From: Candidatus Poribacteria bacterium
Lineage (GTDB): Bacteria > Poribacteria > WGA-4E > PCPOR2b
Direction: 5' to 3'
Assembly (NCBI GenBank): GCA_965208675.1
Contig: OZ242351.1
Span: 1,056,001 to 1,120,000, forward strand
Length of the DNA: 64,000 nucleotides
Numbering within the stretch: the stretch's first letter is position 1; every line of letters starts with the position of its first letter. The position numbers and the translations under genes are program-made. Positions 1 through 10,310 of this stretch are shown here, in pieces. The notes under the pieces are model-generated. The model was given only the letters and a program-made list of their open reading frames with translations. It searched no databases and was not told the DNA's origin.

Positions 1-209
1 TTGTGACGGCGATTGCTGTCGATAAGAAAAGGATTATGACGGTGAGTTCGCTGATTAAAGTAGGCGCCTCGGAGGTTTACCTCAATGTTCCTACAAAAAT
101 TGGAATGCGCGGCGCTGAAGAAATTGTTCAATTAAACCTAACAGATTCCCAACGGGAACGGTTCACAAAATTAGTCGCGCGAAGCGTATCAGAACAGCAA
201 CGCTTCTAG
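1..209 (+). CDS. Malate/lactate dehydrogenase, C-terminal fragment (5' end outside window)
   Basis: AIAVDKKRIMTVSS...VYLNVPTKIG..GAEEIVQLNLT...ERF resembles the LDH/MDH C-terminal domain. Confidence 0.7.
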   Translation, partial: VTAIAVDKKRIMTVSSLIKVGASEVYLNVPTKIGMRGAEEIVQLNLTDSQRERFTKLVARSVSEQQRF

Positions 210-281
210 GGCAAACTAATTTAACCACGCCATTGGGAAGCGGCGAGGGAATTGAGCTTTTCAGCATGAAACGGACGATTC

Positions 282-1397
282 ATGAGAGAAATACATCGAA
301 AAATTCCTGAATTGATTGAAGCAGAAGAAATTGGCGCTTACTGTACTGTTGTGGAGTCGAAAGGCTCCACGCCGCAAAAGCCGGGCTCAAAGTTGCTGAT
401 TTTGCCTGATTTACGGAATATCGGAACGCTGGGCGGCGGGTGCGTAGAAGCCGAAGCGCGTCGGCAGGCGATTGGGTTAATGCAAGGCGGAATCCCGCGT
501 CTGCTAGATTTTCGGCTAGACAGCGACTATGGATGGGACGATGGGCTGATTTGCGGCGGGAACATGAAAATTTTTATTGATTTGCCCCAGAGCAACGATG
601 ATGCTTTTATGTTTACGCGTTTGGAAGATTTAATCGGCGAGAAAGTACCGCATGTTTTTGCTACGGTTGTGAAGAGCGAAATTAACGATATAAATGTCGG
701 TATGAAAATGATTGCCGCATCCAATGGCGATTGTATCGGTTCTCTGGGAAACTCCAATCTGGAAACCGCTATGCAACGTGAATCTACGGAAGTGCTCGCG
801 GAAAACTCGCCGCGAATTTTTCGCTGGAATTCAGGTGATGTCTGGGTTTTCATGGATCCGGTACAGCCCCGGCCAACACTGCTCATCGCTGGCGCCGGGC
901 ATGTCGGGCAAGCGCTGTGCCATCTCGGGGACTGGCTCGACTTTGATATTGTAATCGTTGATGACCGCCCAGATTTTGCGTCTAAGGAACGCTTACCCGA
1001 AGCCGACCAGATTATCATCGGCGATATCGCGGATGAATTGCGGAAATTCCCTATTGATAACATGACCTACGCCGTAATTGTCACGCGCGGCCACCGGCAC
1101 GACGAGGAGGCGCTTTACAGCGTGGTGGAGTCCGACGCCTGTTATGTTGGTTTAATCGGCAGCCGTAGGAAAATAAAACTCATTTACGATGATTTGCTTG
1201 CGCTCGGCGTCTCCAGAGAGCGGTTGGCTCGTGTCTACGCCCCGATTGGATTGGATATCAATTCCAAGACTGTGCCCGAGATCGCTGTGAGCATTGCGGC
1301 TCAACTGATTCAAATTCGGAACAGTGTCAATAAAGATGTTCGCTTCGATGCACAACCCGCACGTATGCCCACCGTTAACGTAAGCGATAGTACCTAA
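282..1397 (+). CDS. XdhC/CoxI family molybdenum cofactor insertion chaperone
   Basis: GSTPQKPG, GTLGGGCVE, GLICGG, GAGHVG, TRGHRHD, YVGLIGSRRK and APIGLDI motifs. Confidence 0.92.
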   Translation: MREIHRKIPELIEAEEIGAYCTVVESKGSTPQKPGSKLLILPDLRNIGTLGGGCVEAEARRQAIGLMQGGIPRLLDFRLDSDYGWDDGLICGGNMKIFIDLPQSNDDAFMFTRLEDLIGEKVPHVFATVVKSEINDINVGMKMIAASNGDCIGSLGNSNLETAMQRESTEVLAENSPRIFRWNSGDVWVFMDPVQPRPTLLIAGAGHVGQALCHLGDWLDFDIVIVDDRPDFASKERLPEADQIIIGDIADELRKFPIDNMTYAVIVTRGHRHDEEALYSVVESDACYVGLIGSRRKIKLIYDDLLALGVSRERLARVYAPIGLDINSKTVPEIAVSIAAQLIQIRNSVNKDVRFDAQPARMPTVNVSDST

Positions 1398-1501
1398 TAC
1401 CTAATAATGCAGCCTTGTTAGGTGAGGCGCCGCTAGATTAAAGCCAGCACATCCTAATCGCATTTTAAATAGGAATATACCTGAGTTTTGGCACCAGAAC
1501 T

Positions 1502-1843
1502 ATGCTGACAGTTCAATTAGATTCCGACAAAACCCATACAAAAAACGAAGTCGTCGAAATCGTAATGCAATCCCTGAATTTCGTTAGGGAACAGTCTACT
1601 CAAAATACCCTTCAGTATTCTTCATCGGATGTTTATTGGGTGTTGAAGAACCTGCTCAATTATATAAATAGGCGAGTAGATGGAGAATTTGTCCTGAAAC
1701 GCCTCAAAAAGGGCGCTTGGGGAATCGAATATGCTGATGCAAGCCTTGCGAAGCGCAAAGCAGATGAACGCCACAAAAAAGAGCTCCGCAGAACAGCCGA
1801 CTACATTCAGCAGATGACCACCGATGCCCCGTCCCGGGGGTGA
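1502..1843 (+). CDS. Hypothetical protein (113 aa)
   Basis: ATG ORF filling the gap between xdhC and the convergent PAP2 gene; no motif recognised. Confidence 0.6.
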   Translation: MLTVQLDSDKTHTKNEVVEIVMQSLNFVREQSTQNTLQYSSSDVYWVLKNLLNYINRRVDGEFVLKRLKKGAWGIEYADASLAKRKADERHKKELRRTADYIQQMTTDAPSRG

Positions 1844-1959
1844 TTCGCCGGCAAGATGTCGTTGGATTCCTGCGTTGACGCTTCTGGAAGGATATTCGAT
1901 TGATGAAATTAGCAAAAACGGCAGCCACGGTTTAGCGGATTGGCTGTCATCTCGCGAGA

Positions 1960-2829
1960 TTATGACAGCAGCCGATAAAGCGCCGCGGCGATTCCATAGA
2001 TAATACCCGCTAGAACTGTCCCGGCAATAGTATCGACCGCGTAATGAAATCTTCCGTACACGGTTCCGATGACTAGTCCAACGCAGAACGGACATAAGAT
2101 GATAAAGGCGAGCGTATCATACCGCATCGCATAGAGCAGTACGACTACGGCAATGGCAGCATGCGAGCTGGGAAAGGCGGTGCCCTTAGATGAACCCATC
2201 GAAAGGATAATATGCGTGAGCCGATGGAAAGGACCATTGGCAAGCCGTTCGCTAATCTTGTCAAACACGTAGCGCGGGCCGGCGACCGGCAGGAAAATAT
2301 AACAGATGAGGCACACATTGAAGGCAAAACATTCGGCAAAGACTACCTCACGGAATGCACCAATTCTACCTTGGAAATAAAGTACCGCCGGGAGAGATAG
2401 TACGATTGCATAATAACTAAAATAACACAGATGCAGAACCTCCGAAAGTGCTATTTTCTGAAGATGTTTGTTCAGATACATGCTGGGTTGCCCCATAAAA
2501 AGCCGATTCTCCCACCGAATAACCGCATCATCAAAGTAGCCCTTGCGTATCATTTGGGTGAGCGGCGAGACTCCCCAGTAAAATACCGGGATTGTCGCGA
2601 GGGGATACCATTCACGTACGAAACGAAACGGAAGCGGCAACGATCCACTTAATAAACTGAGGCACAATATGGCAATAACTAGGGTTGCATGGGCAAGAAG
2701 ATTGAGATACCACCGCACTAAATGCTTACGAAAGGCGGCAATCAATACACTTGTCAATCCCAGGTAGGCGATGACAACCCAGTCGACGGGAAGCAGGCTT
2801 GCAGACAGTCGTACAATGATTTGGTCCAT
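1960..2829 (-). CDS. PAP2-superfamily membrane phosphatase/phosphotransferase (AUR1-like)
   Basis: Multiple TM segments; PVAGPR, AFPSSH and GRFHYAVD motifs. Confidence 0.88.
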   Translation of the reverse strand: MDQIIVRLSASLLPVDWVVIAYLGLTSVLIAAFRKHLVRWYLNLLAHATLVIAILCLSLLSGSLPLPFRFVREWYPLATIPVFYWGVSPLTQMIRKGYFDDAVIRWENRLFMGQPSMYLNKHLQKIALSEVLHLCYFSYYAIVLSLPAVLYFQGRIGAFREVVFAECFAFNVCLICYIFLPVAGPRYVFDKISERLANGPFHRLTHIILSMGSSKGTAFPSSHAAIAVVVLLYAMRYDTLAFIILCPFCVGLVIGTVYGRFHYAVDTIAGTVLAGIIYGIAAALYRLLS

Positions 2830-2924
2830 GGGTTCAGGTCAGTGAGAAAAAAGCGAGGGAATCACTATTCCAACTCGTTGCGCATAGTATCAACGATTGA
2901 TGTCTAATTTGCAATAAAAGGAAT

Positions 2925-2953
2925 ATCTTACTTTCGCGTGCAAAGCGTGTCAA
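2925..2953 (-). promoter_or_regulatory. sigma70-type promoter for the PAP2 gene
   Basis: TTGACA-17bp-TAAGAT on the minus strand. Confidence 0.6.
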
Positions 2954-3002
2954 GCGGAAAAAAGGCAGATTAGCCCTTTTAGATGCTGACACCGGGCGGG
3001 TT

Positions 3003-3329
3003 ATGGCACCTGAAAACACCGATCTCCCACTAATCCTTGATGAAATTCCGCAATCCGACCAGCGAGACCTCCTCAAGAAGGTCGCAACCCAGGTTGTAAA
3101 GCGCCGGTTAACTGCGCCGGCGATTTTGTTTCTCGAGATGTGCAAACCGCTGAACTTTCTTGGGAGTCAAATACTTATCGCACTGAATCCATTTGTACAA
3201 ACCATTTTCAAATCGACCGAATACCAGAAATTTGCGCTAATCATTGAGAAAGATGCCAACGTTGAGCTGCTGATTCGATTAATTGAAGAGTTAGATGTGG
3301 AGGAGCAAAGGAATGCCGGATCACTCTAA
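3003..3329 (+). CDS. Hypothetical protein, overlaps the start of the glmL-like gene
   Basis: 108-aa ORF (PAILFLE..KPLNFLGSQ) whose stop lies after the next ATG. Confidence 0.75.
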   Translation: MAPENTDLPLILDEIPQSDQRDLLKKVATQVVKRRLTAPAILFLEMCKPLNFLGSQILIALNPFVQTIFKSTEYQKFALIIEKDANVELLIRLIEELDVEEQRNAGSL

Positions 3330-5133
3330 CGGGATGCGTTCAATCCTCGCAACAGATTGCGGCAGCACGACCACCAAAGCAATCCTAATTGAAAAACGGG
3401 GCGATGAATATCACCTTGTTGTGCGCGGAGAAGCTCCGACAACGGTCGAAGCACCGGTTGAGGATGTCACCGCCGGCGTCATCAACGCAATAACAGAGGT
3501 GGAGGAACTCGCCGGACGAAAGCTCCTAAACGGTGGACAGCTCATAAAACCCCAGCAGGACGATGTTGGTGTTGACCTGTATATATCGACCAGCAGCGCA
3601 GGCGGCGGGTTACAGATGATGGTTGCTGGCGTAGTGCTAAACCTCACCGCGGAGAGCGCGGAGCGAGCTGCGCTAGGCGCCGGGGCGATTGTCATGGACA
3701 CGATTGCTTCTAACGACAAACGATTGCCGCACGAACGGATTGAGCGCATTCGCCATCTCCGTCCGGACATGCTTCTGCTTTCAGGCGGGGTTGACGGCGG
3801 CACAACTTCCCATGTCGCGGAACTAGCAGAAATTATCGCTGCTGCCAGCCCCAAACCGCGTTTAGGGTTGGACTACAAACTTCCCGTCATCTTTGCAGGA
3901 AACAAAAATGCGCATGACCTCGTCCGCGAAAGGCTTGGAGACGAAATGGCGCTCGAGGTTGTCGATAATCTACGCCCCGTGCTCGAACGTGAGAATCTGA
4001 TGCCGACCCGCCTGAAGATTCAGAGCCAGTTCCTGGAGCACGTCATGGCGCATGCGCCAGGCTACAAAAAATTGATTTCATGGACAGACGAGCCAATTAT
4101 GCCAACGCCTGGTGCCGTGGGGGCAATCATTCAGACTATCGCGGAGCAGCGGGAAATCCAAGTCGTGGGCGTGGATATCGGCGGCGCTACCACAGACGTG
4201 TTCTCCGTATTTAAAAACCAACATAACGAAGGCGTTTTCAACCGAACAGTGAGCGCGAATCTTGGGATGAGCTACAGCGTTTCCAATGTGCTGGCGGAAG
4301 CCGGGATGGAGAATATTTTACGCTGGGCGCCGTTTGAAATTGACGCGGGCGATTTAGGCAATCGAATCAAGAACAAAACCATTCGCCCGACTACTATCCC
4401 GCAAACACTCCAAGAGTTGATAATCGAGCAAGCCATTGCGCGCGAAGCCTTGCGGTTAGCCTTTGAACAACACAAACGCCTTGCCGTCGAATTGCGCGGC
4501 GTGCAGCAACAGCGCACAATTTCCGAAGCATTCTCCCAAACCGAAACGGGCGAAACGCTTGTAGATATGCAATCGTTGGATTTAATTATCGGAAGCGGAG
4601 GCGTGCTTTCGCATGCACCGCGCCGAAATCAGGCGATGTTGATGATGATTGACGCATTCCAACCAGAAGGAATCACTCACCTCGCCGTTGACAGCATTTT
4701 CATGATGCCGCAGCTTGGCGTTTTGGCGCAAGTCAACACAGAGGCTGCTGGTCAGGTTTTTGAGCGCGATTGCCTCATCCACCTCGGGACTTGCATTGCA
4801 CCGGTTGGCAAAACGAAAAGAGGCGAATCTTGTGTGACAATCACCGCTAACCTGCCCGGCAGTGGTGATGTATCGGAAGCTGTACCGTTTGGCAATCTGC
4901 GCTTGTTTCCACTTAAAGCCGGGGAGAAAGCCAAGGTGGCGGTTCAACCGGAACGCAATTTCGATCTGGGTGCAGGACGCGGCAATGCGGTCGAAGCTGA
5001 AGTTTCTGGCGGGATAGTTGGATTGGTTGTGGATACGCGCGGCCGCCCTTTGGACATCGCGACTGATTCGACGCAGCGCATCGCCGACCTAAAGCGGTGG
5101 ACTCAAGCACTTGCGGTGTATCCTGAAACGTAA
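3313..5133 (+). CDS. GlmL/MutL-type (glutamate mutase L) actin-like ATPase
   Basis: ASKHA motifs TDCGSTTTK, SSAGGGL, GGVDGG, VDIGGATTDVFS, RTVSANLGMSYS; AGGAG RBS before ATG 3313. Confidence 0.85.
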   Translation: MPDHSNGMRSILATDCGSTTTKAILIEKRGDEYHLVVRGEAPTTVEAPVEDVTAGVINAITEVEELAGRKLLNGGQLIKPQQDDVGVDLYISTSSAGGGLQMMVAGVVLNLTAESAERAALGAGAIVMDTIASNDKRLPHERIERIRHLRPDMLLLSGGVDGGTTSHVAELAEIIAAASPKPRLGLDYKLPVIFAGNKNAHDLVRERLGDEMALEVVDNLRPVLERENLMPTRLKIQSQFLEHVMAHAPGYKKLISWTDEPIMPTPGAVGAIIQTIAEQREIQVVGVDIGGATTDVFSVFKNQHNEGVFNRTVSANLGMSYSVSNVLAEAGMENILRWAPFEIDAGDLGNRIKNKTIRPTTIPQTLQELIIEQAIAREALRLAFEQHKRLAVELRGVQQQRTISEAFSQTETGETLVDMQSLDLIIGSGGVLSHAPRRNQAMLMMIDAFQPEGITHLAVDSIFMMPQLGVLAQVNTEAAGQVFERDCLIHLGTCIAPVGKTKRGESCVTITANLPGSGDVSEAVPFGNLRLFPLKAGEKAKVAVQPERNFDLGAGRGNAVEAEVSGGIVGLVVDTRGRPLDIATDSTQRIADLKRWTQALAVYPET

Positions 5134-5271
5134 CAAATAGTTTTTAGTTCACGCCCGCGGACTCTCTCATCTCTAAGGGTTCTGAATGAAATCAGAATCT
5201 CTCTTCGTTCAACAACGCTATCCTCTCTTGCAATTCGCGTCTACCATCGGGAATTTTGCCCAAAAATGCCT

Positions 5272-6462
5272 TCACGCCTCACGCGGTGCGAAGCATTTTC
5301 GGTACAACGCAACAATCTCCTCCTGCGACGCTTGACGAGGGTTATTGCCCGGGCTTCCGCTAGCAATTGCATCTGATGCCATCCGTTCAATGACAGCGTC
5401 AAACTTATCCGGCGCTATACCAATTTCCCCTAGGCGCGGCATCTGAATGTCGTTAATCATGCGTTCAACCGCAGCAACGGCGCAATCCGCCTGACGCATT
5501 ACAGATAGACCTTCGATCGATTCCCCCATGGCGCGGGCGATATGGGCAAAGCGGTCAGGCGAACCCGCTAAGCTGTATTCCATGACATCAAGCAGCAGCA
5601 CAGCGTTTGATAAACCGTGATGTATATGGAAATATGCGCCGATGGGGCGGGACATTCCATGTACTAATGCAACGGACGCGTTGCTGAACGCCATTCCGGC
5701 AACGGTGGCTCCTATCATCATCTCCGTTCGCGCTTTTATGTTGCCGCCGTCCGCCCATGCTTGCCGAATTGAACCAGAAATTAACCGAATCGCTTCCAGC
5801 GCAAGCGCATCAGTGATCGGTTGAGCACGTTTTGAGATATAGGCTTCGATGGCATGCGTCAGCGCGTCAACGCCAACAGCGCTAGTCAAGTGCGGCGGAG
5901 TGGTGAGCGACAGAACCGGGTCCACAAGCGCGGCTTGCGCCAGCAAACATGGGCTGCTCAACATCATCTTCACATTTTTTTCAGTGTCGGTAATCACCGT
6001 GACTTTCGTGACTTCGCTGCCGGTACCGGCTGTCGTTGGGATGGCGATTAAGGGCGCGCCGGGATTCGGAATTTTGTCGACACCCATATAATCCGCCAGC
6101 TCACCGTCGTTGGTCAACTTCACCGCGATTGCTTTGCCGCAGTCGATTGCACTGCCGCCGCCGATGCTCACAATGAGGCTGCACCCGTCCGTACAATATT
6201 GCTTCAAGCCGTCATTAACGTTTTGCAGCGTAGGATCGGGGGTGACATCGGCATAGAGCGAGGTGTCAACCCCGGAAAGGTTAAGCTGTTTTACGACCTG
6301 ATCAACGTAGCCGATTTTAACAATTCCTGGGTCAGAAACAACCAATGCCCTGTTTGCGCCTAAACGCTTTGCCTGTTCGCCAACCCGCTTAGACGCATCA
6401 ATGCCGGTGATAATTGTAGGGGGTATGTTAAACGAAGAGACTGTCGATGTTAAATCGTCCAT
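5272..6462 (-). CDS. Iron-containing alcohol dehydrogenase
   Basis: GGGSAIDCGK, IPTTAGTGSEVT, DALTHAIE, HGMSRP and HHGLSNA motifs. Confidence 0.95.
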   Translation of the reverse strand: MDDLTSTVSSFNIPPTIITGIDASKRVGEQAKRLGANRALVVSDPGIVKIGYVDQVVKQLNLSGVDTSLYADVTPDPTLQNVNDGLKQYCTDGCSLIVSIGGGSAIDCGKAIAVKLTNDGELADYMGVDKIPNPGAPLIAIPTTAGTGSEVTKVTVITDTEKNVKMMLSSPCLLAQAALVDPVLSLTTPPHLTSAVGVDALTHAIEAYISKRAQPITDALALEAIRLISGSIRQAWADGGNIKARTEMMIGATVAGMAFSNASVALVHGMSRPIGAYFHIHHGLSNAVLLLDVMEYSLAGSPDRFAHIARAMGESIEGLSVMRQADCAVAAVERMINDIQMPRLGEIGIAPDKFDAVIERMASDAIASGSPGNNPRQASQEEIVALYRKCFAPREA

Positions 6463-6547
6463 TCTTCTGTTCCGTTAATTCGAGCTGAACCGAATTGCAG
6501 GTTTATCAAGATTTTTGCGGCGCGTCAACGCTTGTACGGCAGTTCAT

Positions 6548-8116
6548 CTAATGCCGAAAATGCCGCACGCCTGTGAAAACCATTGCCATACCGTAGCGAT
6601 CTGCCGCCTCAATGACCGATGCATCTCCAGCAGAACCGCCGGGTTGAATAATCCCGCATACACCCGCCGCGCCCGCTACTTCAATATTGTCCGGAAATGG
6701 GATATAGGCATCTGATGCAAGCAGTGCCGCTTTCGCCCTTTCTTCGCCGGCTTTCCTGACAGCGGTAATGCTTGCATCAACCCGGCTCATTTGGCCCGCA
6801 CCGATGCCGACGGTCTTGGTTCCACGAGCAAGCACGATACTATTTGATTTGACGTGCTTACACGCCTTCCAGGCAAACAGTAAGGATTCAATCTCCGCTT
6901 CGGTCGGTTGGCGCTTGGTAACAACCTGTAAGGTGTTAGGCGTAGTCTCGTGCATATCCCGACTCTGGAGTAGCACGCCTCCGACGACGTTTCGAATCTG
7001 CTTAACCGCCGGATTATGAGATAATTCGTTCGTTTCCAAGATTCGGCGGTGTTTCACGCGAGAAAGCGTTTTCAACGCTCTGTCCGTGTAGCACGGTGCG
7101 ATGATTGCCTCCACTTTAATCCCGGCTCTTGCCGCTTCGCGAATCGCGTTTGCGGCTTCTAAATCAACTTCACGGTTAAGACCGATGACACATCCAAAGG
7201 CGGAGAGGCGATCGCAATCGAGGGCATCACTGAACGCGCCCGCCAAATTTGAGGCAGCCGCCAACCCGCACGGGTTGTTGTGCTTGATTATGGCGCAGGC
7301 AGGTTCGGTGAAATCCTTTACTATCTCAATTGCCGCTTCTAGATCGAGGATATTGTTGTATGAAAGTTCTTGGCCGCTAAGTTGATTCGCCCATGCCGCG
7401 CAGGGCTCGGGCGAGGAATGCGCGCGATAGAAAGCCGCCGCTTGGTGGGGATTCTCGCCGTACCGGAGCGACTGGGCTTTTTCATAGCGAACGTCAAGAA
7501 TCTCGGGAAATTCTCCGTGCGATGACTCCAGGTTAGCCAAGTAACGCGATATAACTGCATCGTAATGAGCGGTATGGGCAAATGCAGCTTTTGCCAATCT
7601 AAACCGGGTTTCGTGCGATAGGCAACCATCGTTCGCCTCCAACTCAGCAACGGTGTCAGGATACTGGCTTGGATTGCTGAGCACAGCGACATCGCGGTAA
7701 TTCTTGGCTGCGGATCGGATCATTGCGGGACCGCCGATGTCGATGTTTTCAATCACTTCAGTAAGATCGATGCCTTTCTTCGCAATCGTCGCCTCAAACG
7801 GATATAGATTGCACACGACGAGATCAATCATCCCGATGCCGTTTTCCGAAGCCTGCGCAATGTGCTCAGGATTATCTCGAACAGCGAGCAACCCCGCATG
7901 TATCCTCGGATGGAGCGTTTTCACACGCCCGTCAAGCATTTCCGGAAAACCGGTGTGGTCGGAAACCTCGCGGATTCCAATTCCCAACTCCTGAAGGTGT
8001 TTGGCGGTGCCGCCCGTCGAAAGGATTTCCACACCTCTATGGACTAGGGACTTTGCGAGATTACCCAAGTCCGTCTTGTCGTAAACACTCACTAATGCAC
8101 GTCGGATATTTTTCAT
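6548..8116 (-). CDS. purH: Bifunctional AICAR transformylase/IMP cyclohydrolase
   Basis: RALVSVYDK, GRVKTLHP, IDIGGP, LRYGENPHQ, KHNNPCG, C-terminal RHFRH; start taken as MKNIRR at 8116. Confidence 0.97.
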   Translation of the reverse strand: MKNIRRALVSVYDKTDLGNLAKSLVHRGVEILSTGGTAKHLQELGIGIREVSDHTGFPEMLDGRVKTLHPRIHAGLLAVRDNPEHIAQASENGIGMIDLVVCNLYPFEATIAKKGIDLTEVIENIDIGGPAMIRSAAKNYRDVAVLSNPSQYPDTVAELEANDGCLSHETRFRLAKAAFAHTAHYDAVISRYLANLESSHGEFPEILDVRYEKAQSLRYGENPHQAAAFYRAHSSPEPCAAWANQLSGQELSYNNILDLEAAIEIVKDFTEPACAIIKHNNPCGLAAASNLAGAFSDALDCDRLSAFGCVIGLNREVDLEAANAIREAARAGIKVEAIIAPCYTDRALKTLSRVKHRRILETNELSHNPAVKQIRNVVGGVLLQSRDMHETTPNTLQVVTKRQPTEAEIESLLFAWKACKHVKSNSIVLARGTKTVGIGAGQMSRVDASITAVRKAGEERAKAALLASDAYIPFPDNIEVAGAAGVCGIIQPGGSAGDASVIEAADRYGMAMVFTGVRHFRH

Positions 8117-8202
8117 AATATTTATTGCCTTATTTACGCAACAAGAGAAACCGGCACGAAAATCAGCTATTTCACGCACACTTCTCTTCAGGATTTTTCG
8201 TT

Positions 8203-8970
8203 TCAGCGCTGAAGTGCGCGTACATGCTGCTGGACGGATTTCAACAAAAAAGTCTCCGCGTTGCCGCAGCTTAACACGCGAAAGCCCCGTTCCATGGCTT
8301 GAAGCGCATCCTCGACGGTGCCCGCCGGACATCCTACAGCGATATTTTTCGGCGCCGCGGCAGCCAGCACCCTCTCGGCTGCTTCAATAACTTTAGGGTG
8401 TGATGTCTGCCCCGTCACTCCCAAGGAAGCAGCGAGATCGCTCTTTCCTATGCTCAGCACATCAATTCCTTCGACTTCTACAATTTCATCAATGTTTTCG
8501 ACGGCTTCGGCGTCCTCAATCATAGCGGCGACAACGACTTCATCGTTGATGCCCGAATAATAATCCTCGGTCGATACCGCCCCGAACTTGATACTTCTGC
8601 CCGGACCAACACCGCGCTTCCCCTGCGGCGGGTAGAGCGCGCCATCGACAATCTGTTGCGCATCTTCTGCGTTACGGCAGTGCGGGACAAGAATACCCAT
8701 CGCCCCGAGGTCTAGCGCACGCATAATCATCGCCGTGTTAATTTCGTGAATACGTACGATTGGCGTAATACCGACCGCATAGGCAGCCAAAATCATCCGC
8801 TCCATCTCCGTCCAACCGATGGAACCGTGTTCGCCATCAATTCGGACATAATCTAAGCCGGCGTAACCGAGAATTTCCACGATTCCCGGTTCAGGCAGCC
8901 GAGCCCCAACGCCGAAGACAGTTGCGCCGCCTTTGAGTTTCCGTTTCATTGAATTCGTTCTGATGTGCAT
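8203..8970 (-). CDS. HpcH/HpaI aldolase family protein
   Basis: IDGEHG, ALDLGAMGILVP, YPPQGKRG, MIED and DLAASLG motifs. Confidence 0.92.
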   Translation of the reverse strand: MHIRTNSMKRKLKGGATVFGVGARLPEPGIVEILGYAGLDYVRIDGEHGSIGWTEMERMILAAYAVGITPIVRIHEINTAMIMRALDLGAMGILVPHCRNAEDAQQIVDGALYPPQGKRGVGPGRSIKFGAVSTEDYYSGINDEVVVAAMIEDAEAVENIDEIVEVEGIDVLSIGKSDLAASLGVTGQTSHPKVIEAAERVLAAAAPKNIAVGCPAGTVEDALQAMERGFRVLSCGNAETFLLKSVQQHVRALQR

Positions 8971-9278
8971 GTCCTATTCTCCCCGTATAACATCCCGCCA
9001 CATAATAGTGGAATATTCAGATATTTAAAATTCCAGAGGCATTATAGCATTCAATACGGCTCCGGTCAAGATCGACTTTCAATGCGGCAATCTTCCCTCT
9101 TTAGATTCATTACAATTCGAGTTTTCCAGATAATTATCGGGATTTTCTCACGGTTCGCAAACGGGGATATGCGTCCGTCTTTCTACTTGACTTCCTATGT
9201 ATTCGGCTGATAAAATCGTATGTAGATTCTAACTTCAATGACAGCGGCGGGAAAATTTTGAATGGGAGGAAGATTTGT

Positions 9279-10010
9279 ATGTCGAAACAGAATTGGCAAA
9301 CTTTAGCCAAAGCGTTAAACCGCGAACTCGGCTTGAAACACGCACCCATCGCGATTACGTTTTCTCACGATGCACCGAGTGATGCGGCGCAATACGAAGG
9401 AGAGATGCCAGAACCTTCAGCCGATGGTAGGACGGGGAAGGTCCCAGCCGGGTGCGTGTTTTGGACAGCGGCTACCGAAAAGACCTTTACTACTGAGCCC
9501 GAGGACCACTACAATTGCAGCGTTGGATGTGTCACGCATGGATTGAAAACGCTGGAAGATGTCATGGATAATGAAGATGTTCAGGGGCTCGTCGGATCCG
9601 GATGGGTTTCAGCGGAAGAAGCGATGCAGCTTCCATTTGTAAAACAGCGTTACAACCATATCACGTACGGTCCCCTAGGAGAAATTACTGTCGATCCCGA
9701 CGTGATACTCTTGCGGATAAACGCTTTTCAGGCGATGGTGATTCATGATGCGTTCAATGACATAGCAATTGTGAACAAACCACAATGCCACATCGTGCCA
9801 ATCGCTAAGGAGCAAAACAGACTCGCCATGAGTACGGGCTGCATCTTGAGCCGGGTACGAACGGGTATGCCGCCAGACGAGATGACGTGCACTATTCCGG
9901 CGCCGCAGTTGGAAGCAATCCTTGAAAAGTTAAAGGTTCGGCGGGAAGCGAATGCGGCGGCTTCTGCTTATGCAAACCAAGACGGGCGGCGTTTTGCTGA
10001 TCTGGCTTAA
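9279..10010 (+). CDS. DUF169 family protein
   Basis: PIAI, GCVFW, NCSVG, DPDVILL, PQC and GCILSR cysteine pattern; GGAGG RBS. Confidence 0.75.
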   Translation: MSKQNWQTLAKALNRELGLKHAPIAITFSHDAPSDAAQYEGEMPEPSADGRTGKVPAGCVFWTAATEKTFTTEPEDHYNCSVGCVTHGLKTLEDVMDNEDVQGLVGSGWVSAEEAMQLPFVKQRYNHITYGPLGEITVDPDVILLRINAFQAMVIHDAFNDIAIVNKPQCHIVPIAKEQNRLAMSTGCILSRVRTGMPPDEMTCTIPAPQLEAILEKLKVRREANAAASAYANQDGRRFADLA

Positions 10011-10310
10011 GCCTCGGCTAATCCGGACTTGACGGCAAGAACTTACACAATCTGCGCGCTCAGTCTATTTTGAGCCTCGCCATATTTGAATCTTTCGTCT
10101 GAAAAACCACGCAAATTAACGGTGTCCGCCAGAGAATGTATAGCGGGTGATAGTCCGTATCTGCTCCGGCGGTATCAAATTCCGTACCGGAGTCTGACTC
10201 AAGGGCAGCGGGGAGGAACGCACATAGCTTGTGCAATCATCCTGACAGGAGCGATTTTTGCTGTCGTACCCACGCTACCGCCGCTAGTGTGGTTTCCCCA
10301 TCTCCCCATT

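Noticed and set aside
8117-8332. N-terminal extension of purH in the ORF track
   Set aside because: It overlaps the aldolase gene and PurH homology starts at MKNIRRAL (8116).
10011-10310. Possible ncRNA between convergent genes
   Set aside because: Only a weak hairpin, with no promoter, terminator or second copy to support it.
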